Shown one piece after another: positions 47,070 to 57,055 of a stretch of 64,000 nt of DNA. Source of the DNA: Ignavibacteria bacterium UBA7675 (lineage in GTDB: Bacteria > Bacteroidota > Ignavibacteria > Kapaibacteriales > UB7675); NCBI GenBank assembly GCA_002483085.1, contig DLHF01000080.1, positions 223 through 64,222 on the forward strand, read 5' to 3'. Each line of letters starts with the position of its first letter. The stretch's first letter is position 1. The translations under genes were made by a program, and so were the position numbers. A model generated the notes under the pieces. It did not search any database and was not told the origin of the DNA. It saw only the letters and a list, made by a program, of their open reading frames with translations.

Positions 47070-50051
47070 CTATTCATTGCCGATATCGTCGCAATGATAA
47101 TGATGCTCTTCGTGTTTTGTGGGTTTCTGTGTTTTTGCGCCGCCGCGTTTGGCTTCGGCCATTTTGCGGAGAAGGCGCTCGCGCTCGCGTGCGATGTCTG
47201 CGCGTTTTTCAAGATCGGTAGCGCGGTCGTAGTAGCGAATGCCATCCACATATGTTTGCTCGGCTACGGCGTACACCGAGAGCGGATGCTCGTTCCACAC
47301 AACAACATCGGCGTCTTTGCCTACGTTGATGCTGCCTGTGCGGTTATCGATGTGCAGCAGCTTGGCGGGGTTGAGGGTGACAAATTTCAGCGCTTCTTCT
47401 TCGGACACTCCGCCGTACTTTACTGCCTTGGCAGCTTCTTGGTTCAGCCTGCGCGCCATCTCCGGGTCGTCGGAGTTGTAGGCGGTGACAATGCCCATGT
47501 CGTGCAGGATTGCGCCGTTGTAGGGAATTGCGTCGATCACTTCGTATTTGTAGGCCCACCAGTCTGAAAAGCTCGATGCTCCGGCGCCATGCGCTTTCAT
47601 TTTGTCGGCCACCTTATAGCCTTCCAGAATATGCGTAAAGGTGTTTACCTTAAATTCAAACTGCTCGGCTACGCGCATCAGCATGGTGATTTCCGACTGC
47701 ACGTAGGAATGGCATGTAATAAATCGTTTGCTGTTGAGAATTTCTACTAAAGCATCGAGCTCCAGATCGCGCCGGGGCGATTCGCCTCGCTTGATAGCGC
47801 GTTCGTACTCCTGTGCGCGTGTAAATCCGTCGATGTACACTTGCTCTACGCCCATGCGGGTCTGTGGGAAGCGCACGACGTTTTTATCGCCCCAGTTGGA
47901 TTGCTTTACATTTTCGCCGAGGGCAAATTTTATAAAGCCATCTGCTCCTTCAAATTTCAGTGCTTCAGGAGCCACACCCCAGCGCAGTTTGATAAGCTGT
48001 GTCTGCCCGCCTACGGGATTGGCCGAACCGTGTAGCAGGTGCGAGGTGGTGACGCCACCCGCGAGCTGGCGGTAGATGTTCACGTCGTCGCTGTTGAGCA
48101 CATCGCCGATGCGCACTTCGGCTGTGATTGCCTGCGTCCATTCGTTGACGCCCTGGCTGATAGCTATGTGCGAGTGTTCGTCGATAATGCCGGGTGTGAT
48201 ATGCTTGCCAGTTGCGTCCACCACCGTAGCTCCGCTCGCATTGAGGTTTGTGCCTACCGCAGCAATCTTTCCTTTGTCGATAAGGACATCTGTTTCTTTG
48301 AGCACGCCGCTGGCCTCGCATGTCCACACTGTTGCGTTTTTCAGCAGCACTTTTTCCTGCACAGGCAGTTTTTCCCAGCCGTACTCTACGTTGGGGTAGG
48401 TAAGCGTGCCGAGCACATCAGGTTGCATCACAGAATCCTTCCGTACTTTTGCGCTGAAGGGGGCTGAAAGGCGGGCTGTCCACGATATCCATCGCCCATC
48501 GGAGTGCTGGCCTCGGCCCGACCATGTTGTGCCCTCTATCCAGCCGCTCAGTCGCACGCTGTTGGAGGTCGGAAGTGTGTCGGTAGCAAAGCGCATAGTA
48601 ATCGCATCATCGGTGCGGGAAAGAGCTGCATCCAGCGAGTCTTTGCCGCGTACTATTCGGGTTCTTACGGATTCAGGAGCGCCGTCGAGGATCAGCGTCA
48701 TGCGCTCCGAACCGTCGATAGTCATATCGTACACACCGCGTAAGTCGGCAAGTGCACCGGCAGCCGTGCGATAGCGCCTACCGTCTACCCAGTTCTCGTA
48801 CACCACAGTGCCAGCGTCGAACACATCGCCGGATGTAACAATGAAGTTGGCAATTCTGCCGGGTTCGAGTGTGCCTATTTTGTCGGCGAGGCCGATCATC
48901 GCTGCAGGCTGGCGGGTAAGCGCTTCGAGCGCTGTGCGTTTGCTCAGGCCGCGCTGCACTGCAAGCCGGATATTAGCTAGAAATTCTTTCTTATCTTTTA
49001 AGAGGGCAGGTGTCAGGGCAAAGACAATTCCTGCTTGTTCTAACATTGCAGGGTTGGAGGGAGCGAGCTCCCAGTGTTTCAGTGTTGCAAGCGAGATATT
49101 GCGCGCATCGAAAGGGTCTTCGACGTCGAATGGTATGGGGAAATTGACGGGGATAATAAAGCGAGCACCTGTTGCCTTGAGCTCTGCTACGCGCTGGTAC
49201 TCGTCGCCGCTGCCTCGGATGATGTATTGAACGCCAAATTCATCGCCTACTTTGTCGGCGCGCAGTGCGGAAAATTTATCTTTTACTTCAAAGATTTGCG
49301 GGAGCGACTGCCGTGCATTCCACGCTTCGAGCGTAAGGTTGTACTCGTGGTGCCCGGCGTTGCGGTACCATGCCGCGTCTAAATAGGTCTGGCGCAGAAG
49401 TGCAATCGAGCCCATAAGCGAGCCGGGGTAGTCCTGCGTGGACGTGCCCTTGTCGAATGAATAATGGGCTGCTGCTCTGTCGCGTACTAATAGTTCGTTC
49501 TCGCGCTGGTCGCCCAGCAACACAAATGCCGACGTGCCGCGAGCGATGCCGTCGTGCTTGTGGGTAAGCACAGCGCCAAAGCCAAGAGCGCGCAGTTCGG
49601 CGGCCTTGTCGCTGCTGGCTGTAAACAGTGTATAGGAGTCAACTTCGGGGTTGAGCGCCTGATTCCAGCCGTGAGCGCCCTTTTTCTTTGTGTCCATCTG
49701 CGGACCGCCTTCGCCTTCTTCCTCTTCATCGCCCGCTGCTTTTTTCTGTTTTGTTTCCGGTAGGCCGTACTCGCTATCGAGGTCGATAAATGCGGGATAC
49801 ACCCACTTGCCGCCCATGTCGTACCGCACTGCACCCGCCGGTATTGATACCGCGCTGCCCGCCGCTACGATCACTCCCTTTCGCACGACTAATGTTGCAT
49901 TGGAGACGATTGTGCCGGGGCTGGCAACCAGCGTTACATTGGTAATAGCATACAGCTCTGCACGTTCGTCGCGCACGCCATTAGTAGGAAAAGTTTCCTG
50001 AGCAAAAAGAGTTGGCGCGCACGCCAGCAGGAAGATGAGGACGTATTTCAT
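47070..50051 (-). CDS. Secreted tandem-amidohydrolase protein (993 aa, two amidohydrolase modules)
   Basis: Signal peptide MKYVLIFLLACAPTLFAQE. Two regions resembling amidohydrolase N-termini (...KGVIVAAGSAVS...GGKWVYPAFID... and ...DKGKIAAVGTN...TGKHITPGIIDEHSHIA...). Confidence 0.75.
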   Translation of the reverse strand: MKYVLIFLLACAPTLFAQETFPTNGVRDERAELYAITNVTLVASPGTIVSNATLVVRKGVIVAAGSAVSIPAGAVRYDMGGKWVYPAFIDLDSEYGLPETKQKKAAGDEEEEGEGGPQMDTKKKGAHGWNQALNPEVDSYTLFTASSDKAAELRALGFGAVLTHKHDGIARGTSAFVLLGDQRENELLVRDRAAAHYSFDKGTSTQDYPGSLMGSIALLRQTYLDAAWYRNAGHHEYNLTLEAWNARQSLPQIFEVKDKFSALRADKVGDEFGVQYIIRGSGDEYQRVAELKATGARFIIPVNFPIPFDVEDPFDARNISLATLKHWELAPSNPAMLEQAGIVFALTPALLKDKKEFLANIRLAVQRGLSKRTALEALTRQPAAMIGLADKIGTLEPGRIANFIVTSGDVFDAGTVVYENWVDGRRYRTAAGALADLRGVYDMTIDGSERMTLILDGAPESVRTRIVRGKDSLDAALSRTDDAITMRFATDTLPTSNSVRLSGWIEGTTWSGRGQHSDGRWISWTARLSAPFSAKVRKDSVMQPDVLGTLTYPNVEYGWEKLPVQEKVLLKNATVWTCEASGVLKETDVLIDKGKIAAVGTNLNASGATVVDATGKHITPGIIDEHSHIAISQGVNEWTQAITAEVRIGDVLNSDDVNIYRQLAGGVTTSHLLHGSANPVGGQTQLIKLRWGVAPEALKFEGADGFIKFALGENVKQSNWGDKNVVRFPQTRMGVEQVYIDGFTRAQEYERAIKRGESPRRDLELDALVEILNSKRFITCHSYVQSEITMLMRVAEQFEFKVNTFTHILEGYKVADKMKAHGAGASSFSDWWAYKYEVIDAIPYNGAILHDMGIVTAYNSDDPEMARRLNQEAAKAVKYGGVSEEEALKFVTLNPAKLLHIDNRTGSINVGKDADVVVWNEHPLSVYAVAEQTYVDGIRYYDRATDLEKRADIARERERLLRKMAEAKRGGAKTQKPTKHEEHHYHCDDIGNE

Positions 50052-50109
50052 AGCCGTAGAACAGGTACAGGTTTCATGAAGTTGGATAAGTTACACACGA
50101 AGGGGAAAA

Positions 50110-50150
50110 GAACCAAAAAGGGGGCGCTTCGGTCTCCGGCCCCGTGTTTT
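50110..50150 (-). terminator. Intrinsic terminator of the LD-carboxypeptidase gene (read on the minus strand)
   Basis: Minus strand reads CACGGGGCCGGAGACCGAAGCGCCCCCTTTTTGG: stem GGGGC/GCCCC followed by a T-tract. Confidence 0.5.
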
Positions 50151-50155
50151 CTCTC

Positions 50156-50327
50156 CGCACCGCGCAGCACATCCGCCGCGCCGTTGTGCGGCCTTCATCG
50201 CAGTGGTGTTGCGGTTGGTCGTCCGGTCGTATTCTCTCTTCGTGGCGGCTTCCGGTTGGACAGCGGACAGCCGGGCTTGCGACCGGTGACAGCGACCGAG
50301 CACGTGAGCAGCGACGCCCGTGCCACC
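50156..50327 (+). repeat. Dispersed repeat: L2 module (50156-50177) plus R module copy R5 (50277-50327), in the 3' UTR of the LD-carboxypeptidase gene
   Basis: L2 reads CGCACCGCGCAGCACATCCGCC. R5 reads TTGCGACCGGTGACAGCGACCGAGCACGTGAGCAGCGACGCCCGTGCCAC. Confidence 0.7.
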
Positions 50328-50372
50328 TATTTTTTCACGACAACGTTTCTGTGCCGACCTGCACGGCAATTG

Positions 50373-51314
50373 CTATTCTGTACCTGCTTCTAATAGTTCC
50401 AATGTACCTTTGCTGCCGTCGATACGCGCCATTGCACCAAAAGGCAGCGTGAGTTTCTTTGCTTGGTGCCCGTACAAGAGATTGCCGAGCGCGGGCAGGC
50501 CGAGCCGCTCTACATATTCTTGAATTACTGTGGAAACAGGCGGTTGTGGCGTGGCTGATCGGTCGGTGGGGATGCCAGTGAACTGCCCGAAAGCAATGCC
50601 ACCAGCTTTTGCGAACACTCCTGCATTTTCCATTTGTGAAAGCAAGCGGTCTATTTTGTACGGTTCCTCGCCGATGTCTTCTATCAGATAGAGCGCTTTG
50701 CGTTCGGCGGGGGCAAACGGCGTGCCGCACAGAGACGCGAACAGCGAAAGATTACCGCACAGCAGGCGTCCGCGAGCCGCGCCCGTGCGCAGAGTAACAA
50801 TTTCCTCGGGTTGTGCTATAACGCCAGCAGGCTGGGTGGACGTAAGTATATTCCAGAACGATTCCTCGGCGTAGGCGTCGAATTCATCGCGCATGTCTAC
50901 CGATGGCATTGCGCCGGAGAATGTAACAAGCCCTGTCTTGCGAAATATAGCCGATTGCAAGGCTGTGAGATCGGAGAAGCCTACAAAAATTTTCGGATTG
51001 GCGGCGATCAGGTCGTAGTTGAGCCGTTGGAGAATCCGCGAGGTGCCATAGCCACCGCGAGCGCAGAAGATGGCGTGGATTTTGGGATCGGCAAACATCG
51101 ATTCTATGTCCTCTATGCGCTCGTCGTCGGTGCCTGCCAGGTAGCCGTTATAGCGCCGGAGCGCGTGCTTGCCGAGCTTCACGCGATAGCCTATCGATTC
51201 CAAATACCGCACCCCTCGGTGCAGATATTCGTCGTTGCGCTGCGGGGAAGCAGGAGAAATAACACCAATAGTAGCGCGGCGTTTGAGGGGGGGAGGTTTA
51301 CGTACAGTTCGCAT
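50373..51314 (-). CDS. LD-carboxypeptidase (S66 family, LdcA/MccF-like)
   Basis: ATIGVISPASP...YLAGTDDERIEDIESMF...IFCARGGYGTSRIL...FVGFSDLTAL (Ser nucleophile context). Confidence 0.85.
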   Translation of the reverse strand: MRTVRKPPPLKRRATIGVISPASPQRNDEYLHRGVRYLESIGYRVKLGKHALRRYNGYLAGTDDERIEDIESMFADPKIHAIFCARGGYGTSRILQRLNYDLIAANPKIFVGFSDLTALQSAIFRKTGLVTFSGAMPSVDMRDEFDAYAEESFWNILTSTQPAGVIAQPEEIVTLRTGAARGRLLCGNLSLFASLCGTPFAPAERKALYLIEDIGEEPYKIDRLLSQMENAGVFAKAGGIAFGQFTGIPTDRSATPQPPVSTVIQEYVERLGLPALGNLLYGHQAKKLTLPFGAMARIDGSKGTLELLEAGTE

Positions 51315-51371
51315 AGAATTGGCATGAGCTGTCGTTTCGGGCGTTCTGCCAGCAGGTGCCGCGAAACGGTA

Positions 51372-51818
51372 TTACGAGGAAAAGGGGGAATTGTCTGAAG
51401 AATCGCTGTCGAATCGCGCGAGGTTGCCCCGCAGCACTGTTCTATAAGTGTACACAAGAAAGGACAGGCAAAGCAAGAGCACTGCCGAGCCGCCCACAGT
51501 GCGGCGAAGAGCCTCACTCCACATATCGCTCCAGACGAACAGCGCTGCAAACAGCACCAGAGCGATGCCCGGCAGCCAGAGAAGAATCTTACCTGCGGTT
51601 TCTATGCGCTTTCGCAGTGCGAACCGCTTTGGCATGGCTCCTTCTCCTGCTTCGGTTATTACCTGTTGAAGATCGGCGCTGCTGTAGCCTCGTGTGCGTA
51701 GTTCGTCCTTGCAGGCTTCCACGTAGTCGAACGGATAACCATAGCGCTCCCGGTAGATGACGACATTCACAAGGCGTTCATCGGAGTAGGAGCGCAGTTT
51801 ACGCAGCGAAAACCGCAC
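51372..51818 (-). CDS. Hypothetical membrane protein (GTG start; two predicted TM helices)
   Basis: ORF-track ORF with a hydrophobic stretch ILLWLPGIALVLFAALFVW...GGSAVLLLCLSFLVY. No known motif. Confidence 0.45.
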   Translation of the reverse strand: MRFSLRKLRSYSDERLVNVVIYRERYGYPFDYVEACKDELRTRGYSSADLQQVITEAGEGAMPKRFALRKRIETAGKILLWLPGIALVLFAALFVWSDMWSEALRRTVGGSAVLLLCLSFLVYTYRTVLRGNLARFDSDSSDNSPFSS

Positions 51819-51990
51819 GAGATCAGTACCGTGAAAGCGATTTTTTTACTACCTGCCACGTAATGGCAGTAACGCCTATAAAGAACAGAGCGCCTGCCCA
51901 GATACCGACTTCTTCGCCGATAACGACGAGGAAAATTGAAAAGGCAAAGGAGAGGACTGCAATGATAGCAATGTACAGGATAATCATCAT
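51817..51990 (-). CDS. Possible small hydrophobic protein (57 aa, 2 TM) immediately upstream of the membrane protein
   Basis: Manually translated: MMIILYIAIIAVLSFAFSIFLVVIGEEVGIWAGALFFIGVTAITWQVVKKSLSRY. Below the ORF-track length cut-off, and overlaps the next gene's start by 2 nt. Confidence 0.3.
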
Positions 51991-52008
51991 AGGGATATAG
52001 AATAAATA

Positions 52009-53358
52009 TTACTGTTGATCGGGTCGTTCAGAGCTGCGATTAGTCAGTTTCTCAAAAAAATCAGCATATCGCTTTTCTGCTTTTATTGTGAATTCGGCGC
52101 CATGCTCTTCGTCGCGCCGTTCGATAACCTCCCCATAGCGATACAGCGAGGGAACGAGGCTCATCGCTGTGTACGGCACGGTAAGATGGTATGTCTCGAA
52201 CTGTTGTTCTTCCATTTCCATCATTTTTTGCTGTAGTTCGCCAATATTGATGCCGCGTGCTGCGGAAATAGCTACGCTGTGTTCGTAGAGCGTGTGCAAT
52301 GTATGCACTTCTTCGAGCGATTCGAGAGCGTCAATTTTATTGAATACCAGCAACGTGGGTTTCTGATGTGCACCAAGTACCTCAAGGGTTTGGCGCACTA
52401 CCTCGATATGGTCGCTGTAGCGGGGATGGGAAATATCCACCACGTGCAGGATCACATCGGCTTCTAATGTTTCTGCCAGCGTACTGCGGAAAGAAGCGAT
52501 AAGGTGCGAGGGCAGCTTGCGAATAAACCCTACAGTATCCGAAAGCAGAGCCGGTTTGCCATCTGGCAGTTTGATATTGCGTACTGTTGTGTCGAGCGTA
52601 GCAAATAGTTTATCCTCCACCAGCACATCAGCGCCCGAGAGGATATTCATCAGCGTCGATTTTCCAGCATTTGTATAGCCGACAAGGGCAAATCGCGGCA
52701 GCGACTCGCGCCCTTTGCGCTGCTGTTCGCGCTGCACAGCAATTCTACCGAGCTTTTCTTTTAGCTGAGTAATACGCGTGCGCACCAGGCGGCGGTCGGT
52801 TTCGATCTGGGTTTCGCCAGGGCCTTTTGTGCCTATACCACCAAACTGCTTGGAAAGGTGGGTCCACATACGAGTAAGACGGGGCAGCATATACTGAAGC
52901 TGCGCGAGCTCTACCTGCGTTTTTGCTTCCATGCTGCGCGCATGCGAAGCAAAGATATCGAGAATGATACCGCTGCGATCCATCACCTTTACCTTGAGTT
53001 CGCGCTCTAAATTACGCACTTGCCCAGGGGAGAGGTCGTTGTCGAATATCACCAACGCGATGTCGTTGTCCTCAATTGTCTGCCGCAGTTCTTCCATCTT
53101 GCCACGGCCCACAGCAAAAGCGCTGTCTAATCCCGCTCGTTCCTGATATACTTTTTCCAGAACAAGGGCCCCGGCAGTTTCTACCAGAAATTCGAGCTCA
53201 TCGAGGTGTTCGAGCGATTCTTCCCGATCCATCGACTTTAGGCCAACACCGACAACTATCGCCTTTTCTCGTGGTTTATCAGTTATTTCGTGTAGCGTTG
53301 TCTCTTTCTTCAAGGTTATTCTATCCGGATAATGAAGCCGTTGCTCGTTGTTGTGCAT
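52009..53358 (-). CDS. hflX: GTPase HflX
   Basis: G1 GYTNAGKST, G3 DTVGF, and the HflX N-terminal domain. Start refined to ATG 53358 (MHNNEQRL...). The track ORF extends to 53490. Confidence 0.85.
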   Translation of the reverse strand: MHNNEQRLHYPDRITLKKETTLHEITDKPREKAIVVGVGLKSMDREESLEHLDELEFLVETAGALVLEKVYQERAGLDSAFAVGRGKMEELRQTIEDNDIALVIFDNDLSPGQVRNLERELKVKVMDRSGIILDIFASHARSMEAKTQVELAQLQYMLPRLTRMWTHLSKQFGGIGTKGPGETQIETDRRLVRTRITQLKEKLGRIAVQREQQRKGRESLPRFALVGYTNAGKSTLMNILSGADVLVEDKLFATLDTTVRNIKLPDGKPALLSDTVGFIRKLPSHLIASFRSTLAETLEADVILHVVDISHPRYSDHIEVVRQTLEVLGAHQKPTLLVFNKIDALESLEEVHTLHTLYEHSVAISAARGINIGELQQKMMEMEEQQFETYHLTVPYTAMSLVPSLYRYGEVIERRDEEHGAEFTIKAEKRYADFFEKLTNRSSERPDQQ

Positions 53359-53857
53359 ACATAAGTGCTGTGAACGCGCTAAAAGTATGCACGAGTACAC
53401 AGCACAGCAGATAATGGCATTGCATTTGCGGGAATTCTCTGCGTATCTCCAAGCTGTACACGAGCATTGCAGAAATGCCGCCGTGCACATGTAAAAGCGT
53501 CGCCAAGTTAGCGATTTGACGAAATATAATCAATACAACACGAAGAAAGCTTGTGTTTCATCGCAGAACGGGCAATGTGGATAAGTTGAAAAAAAGATGA
53601 GAAAAAGATTTCACAGGCATGGACAAAACAGCTATCTTTGCTCCCCATTTTTCCCGGAGCTTAGCACGCAAAAAATTTAGTCGGGTGGAGTGTTTGCACA
53701 AAGCCAGGTGTTTTGTAAGTTGCTTCGCCCCTTGTTCGGTGTTTGTGGCAGTCGGTCGTGGTTAATAGAATATCTTATTCATTATATATTAAAGGCAGCA
53801 GATTTGGCATCCGGCTTTCTCAGTGAACAGGAGTACGGGAATTATCCCATCGACAAG

Positions 53858-55300
53858 ATGACGGGTAGCAAGCAGCGGCGTTCTGCGAACGTTGTACCGC
53901 TTACCGCAATGGGGGATAAGGTTCCGCCGCATTCCGCAGAAGCCGAAATGGCGGTGCTCGGGTCGATTATGCTCGACAAGGCCGCTATTACCAAGGTGAT
54001 TGAAGTATTAGACGCCGACAGCTTTTACCGCGAGGCCAACCGCCGTGTGTACGAAGTGATGCTCGGGATGTTCAACCGCAGTATTACTATCGATCTTGTC
54101 TCCCTCAGCGAAGAGCTTCGCAGGCGGGGATTGCTAGATGTGATCGGCGGTTCGTATTACCTTACCGAAATCAATGCCCGCACGCCCTCGGCAGCGAATG
54201 TAGAGCACTATGCGCGCATTGTGCAAGAGCACTACCTGAAACGCCGTCTTATCGAAACCGCAACGCATATCCTTGAACGCTGCTACGACGATGGCTCCGA
54301 TGCGCTCGATGAGATAGATCGCGCTGAAAGCCAGATATTTGAGATTGCCGAAAAACGCCTTGGTAAGAGCTATCAGGAAATGAAGCATCTCGCTCACCAG
54401 ACTTTCGAGATGATTCTCGGCCTTACAGAGCAGTCCGGCGAAAGCGGTGTAAGCGGCGTGCCCTCTGGCTATGTAAAGCTCGATGAAAAATTAGGTGGTC
54501 TGCAGCGTTCCGATCTTATTATTATTGCCGCGCGTCCCTCGATGGGTAAAACAGCGTTTGCTCTTTCTATTGCCCGCAATGCCGCTGTGGAAAGCCGTGT
54601 TCCCGTTGCTGTGTTTTCTATCGAGATGGCCGCTGTGCAGCTAGTAATCCGTTTGCTCAGTGCCGAAGCGCGTATTAATGCACATGCTATTCGTACAGGC
54701 CATATCAGCGATGAAATGCTGCCACGCTTAGCGCAGAATATTGGTATGCTGGCAGATGCTCCGATTTTTATCGACGACAGCGCTGCTCTTTCGGTAATGG
54801 AACTTCGCGCAAAATGCCGCCGCCTGAAAGCCGAGCACAATATCGGGCTGATTATTATCGACTACCTCCAGCTTATGCACGCGGCAAAAGCCGAAAGCCG
54901 TGAGCGCGAAATTTCGATGATATCCCGCTCGCTGAAGCAAATTGCCAAAGAGCTCGATGTGCCTATTATCGCGCTGTCGCAGCTCAATCGCTCGGTGGAA
55001 TCCCGAAGCGATAAACGACCGATGCTTTCCGACCTTCGCGAGTCTGGCTCTATTGAGCAGGATGCCGACGTGGTGATGTTTATCAATAGGCCGGAACACT
55101 ACGATATTACAACCTACGAAGACGGCTCGCCTACAGAGAATACAGCGGAAATTATCATTGGCAAGCAGCGGAACGGTCCTATCGGTACGGTGCGCTTGGC
55201 CTACCTGAAAGACTATGCCCGCTTTGAGAATCTGGCGTTCCAGCACGAAGAACCGCCCGACTACTCTACTAATATCGACTTTGAAGCTCCGGCGTTCTAA
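53858..55300 (+). CDS. dnaB: Replicative DNA helicase DnaB
   Basis: DnaB N-terminus AEAEMAVLGSIML. Walker A ARPSMGKTAFALSIA. IIIDYLQLM. Arginine-finger region. Start refined to ATG 53858. Confidence 0.9.
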   Translation: MTGSKQRRSANVVPLTAMGDKVPPHSAEAEMAVLGSIMLDKAAITKVIEVLDADSFYREANRRVYEVMLGMFNRSITIDLVSLSEELRRRGLLDVIGGSYYLTEINARTPSAANVEHYARIVQEHYLKRRLIETATHILERCYDDGSDALDEIDRAESQIFEIAEKRLGKSYQEMKHLAHQTFEMILGLTEQSGESGVSGVPSGYVKLDEKLGGLQRSDLIIIAARPSMGKTAFALSIARNAAVESRVPVAVFSIEMAAVQLVIRLLSAEARINAHAIRTGHISDEMLPRLAQNIGMLADAPIFIDDSAALSVMELRAKCRRLKAEHNIGLIIIDYLQLMHAAKAESREREISMISRSLKQIAKELDVPIIALSQLNRSVESRSDKRPMLSDLRESGSIEQDADVVMFINRPEHYDITTYEDGSPTENTAEIIIGKQRNGPIGTVRLAYLKDYARFENLAFQHEEPPDYSTNIDFEAPAF

Positions 55301-55323
55301 ACCGAACAACAAAGAAAAACGAA

Positions 55324-55357
55324 AGGCGCTCTGTCCATGCACAGAAGCGCCTTTTTT
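55324..55357 (+). terminator. Rho-independent terminator of dnaB
   Basis: AGGCGCTCTGTCCATGCACAGAAGCGCCTTTTTT: about 10-bp stem and a T6 tract. Confidence 0.65.
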
Positions 55358-55426
55358 CATGAATATTCGTTGTATCCCGAACTACACTGTGCAACTCTGT
55401 GCAGCAGCCGATTGCTGGCAGTCGCA

Positions 55427-55738
55427 TCAGAAGTCGAACAGATCGTCCAGAAAACCACCGCGTTTTTTCTTTTTGTCGTGGCCGTGCTCGCCGTGGTAAT
55501 GGTCGCGCTTGTGGTCGTTATCGCGTGAATAAGACGGCCTGTGCCCGCTGTTGAAATCGTCGTACTTGCTGCTATCGCTGTGTTTTTTACCGCCCTTGTC
55601 GGGCACCGATCGCTCGATGATTTTATCGAGCTCACCGCGATCCAGCCATACTCCACGGCAGCTCGGACAGTAGTCGATTTCAATTCCTTGCCGCTCGGAC
55701 ATCACGAGCTGTACATTGCTGCACACCGGACATTGCAT
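55427..55738 (-). CDS. zf-TFIIB-type zinc-ribbon protein with His/Asp/Lys-rich tail
   Basis: MQCPVCSNVQLVMSERQGIEIDYCPSCRGVWLDRGELDKII has the CxxC...CxxC plus WLDRGEL pattern of PF13453-type proteins. Confidence 0.6.
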   Translation of the reverse strand: MQCPVCSNVQLVMSERQGIEIDYCPSCRGVWLDRGELDKIIERSVPDKGGKKHSDSSKYDDFNSGHRPSYSRDNDHKRDHYHGEHGHDKKKKRGGFLDDLFDF

Positions 55739-56101
55739 AGATTCCTCGTATAAATGGTAAATAATTGTTCAGCCGGGTAATACCAGTATTGCGCGTTGCC
55801 TGCAATACATTCGGGCATTACACCGGAGTTATACTTCTACAGCCGTATTCGTGAACACAACACCCGCCGCCTCTGATGAGTTCCGGCGGCTAAACCGCTA
55901 CTTTATTGGAGCAAAAGTGCTTCCGGGTTGTGGCGCTCTCCTTTTGTTCGCCTATAGAGAAATCTATTTTTGGAGTGATGGAAATTGAGTAGCTTTCACT
56001 CTTGAACAGTTTCGTTTTCTTTCCGGCGTCAGGCACGTTGTCATAGACAGTGGTTTGGTATCCGGAGGCGGGGAGAACAATCCTTATCTATTCCAACGAG
56101 T

Positions 56102-56941
56102 ATGGACATCCAACAAAACACGCAGGCTTACCTACATAGGATCAACGAGCTTATCGCGGCTTACAACGACAAAAACGAAAACGGCGCAGATGCAGATGAG
56201 GACGAGACGATTGCCCTGCTGGTTGATGCGCGCAGCCTTGTGCGCGAAGCACTGAGCCACGACCATAACAGCGAAGAACTCATCGACCTGCACGTAGAGC
56301 TTGTCATTGTGCTTTCCCAGTATTTCTTTGCAAAAGTGCTTACAGAGGAAAGCTACACGCAGTCGCTTATCGAGTATCAGGAATTTGCTCGGCGCTGGGG
56401 AGCCTCCGAAGGCGAATTGTTTCGCATGGATGCCGAAGCGACAAAAGATTGGACTATTGGCGCGGACTCGGTGCAGTTTCTCACCGAAGTTGGCCTGCCT
56501 GTAAGCGCTGCACCGTTTGTTGGTTTTGGACAAGCTGGCAGGCTTTGGGAAGTGTGGAATTTTGCAGAAGATGCAGAGTATGCCCAGGAGCTGTTCTCGC
56601 AATATATTCAGATTGGCAGCGATGGGGCTGGCAATCCATTCTGCATAGACGAAGACCACAACGGTATTGTCGTGCTGCTCGACCACGACTTTGGCTTTCA
56701 GGCTATTACTTTTGTCAATTCCAGCGTGCAGCAGCTAGCCGAGTGCCTACTCGTGTACAAAGTAGCACTCGAAGAAGCGCAGCGGCTTCAGGGTAACGAG
56801 GACGAACTCAATTCCGAAGTGCTGGAAGGAATCGCAGAGTGGGTAGAGCAGGAAGTGATGCGCATCGACTCCCGCGCGATAGGGCGCGAATGTTTTTGGA
56901 ATAATGAAGTAGCGCTGCTGCGGTCGAATAACGAAGAATAA
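56102..56941 (+). CDS. SUKH/Smi1-Knr4-family (polymorphic-toxin immunity-type) protein with an N-terminal helical extension
   Basis: C-terminal half FLTEVGLPVSAAPFVGFGQ...YIQIGSDGAGNPFCIDEDHNGIVVLLDHDFGFQAITFVNSSVQQLAECLL matches the SUKH-1 (SMI1_KNR4) core pattern (I-G-x-D-G-x-G-N-x-h-x-h-D ... hhhDHE). Confidence 0.55.
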   Translation: MDIQQNTQAYLHRINELIAAYNDKNENGADADEDETIALLVDARSLVREALSHDHNSEELIDLHVELVIVLSQYFFAKVLTEESYTQSLIEYQEFARRWGASEGELFRMDAEATKDWTIGADSVQFLTEVGLPVSAAPFVGFGQAGRLWEVWNFAEDAEYAQELFSQYIQIGSDGAGNPFCIDEDHNGIVVLLDHDFGFQAITFVNSSVQQLAECLLVYKVALEEAQRLQGNEDELNSEVLEGIAEWVEQEVMRIDSRAIGRECFWNNEVALLRSNNEE

Positions 56942-57055
56942 ATACTTGTCCTCTTTTCGCTGGCGCAGTAAGCAAATGTGCAGAGCCGTGAGCCTCCATG
57001 AAGTAAAACGCTTTGGCCATATGCGCGCGACCCGAATGGATGTTTGGGCTTGGTT

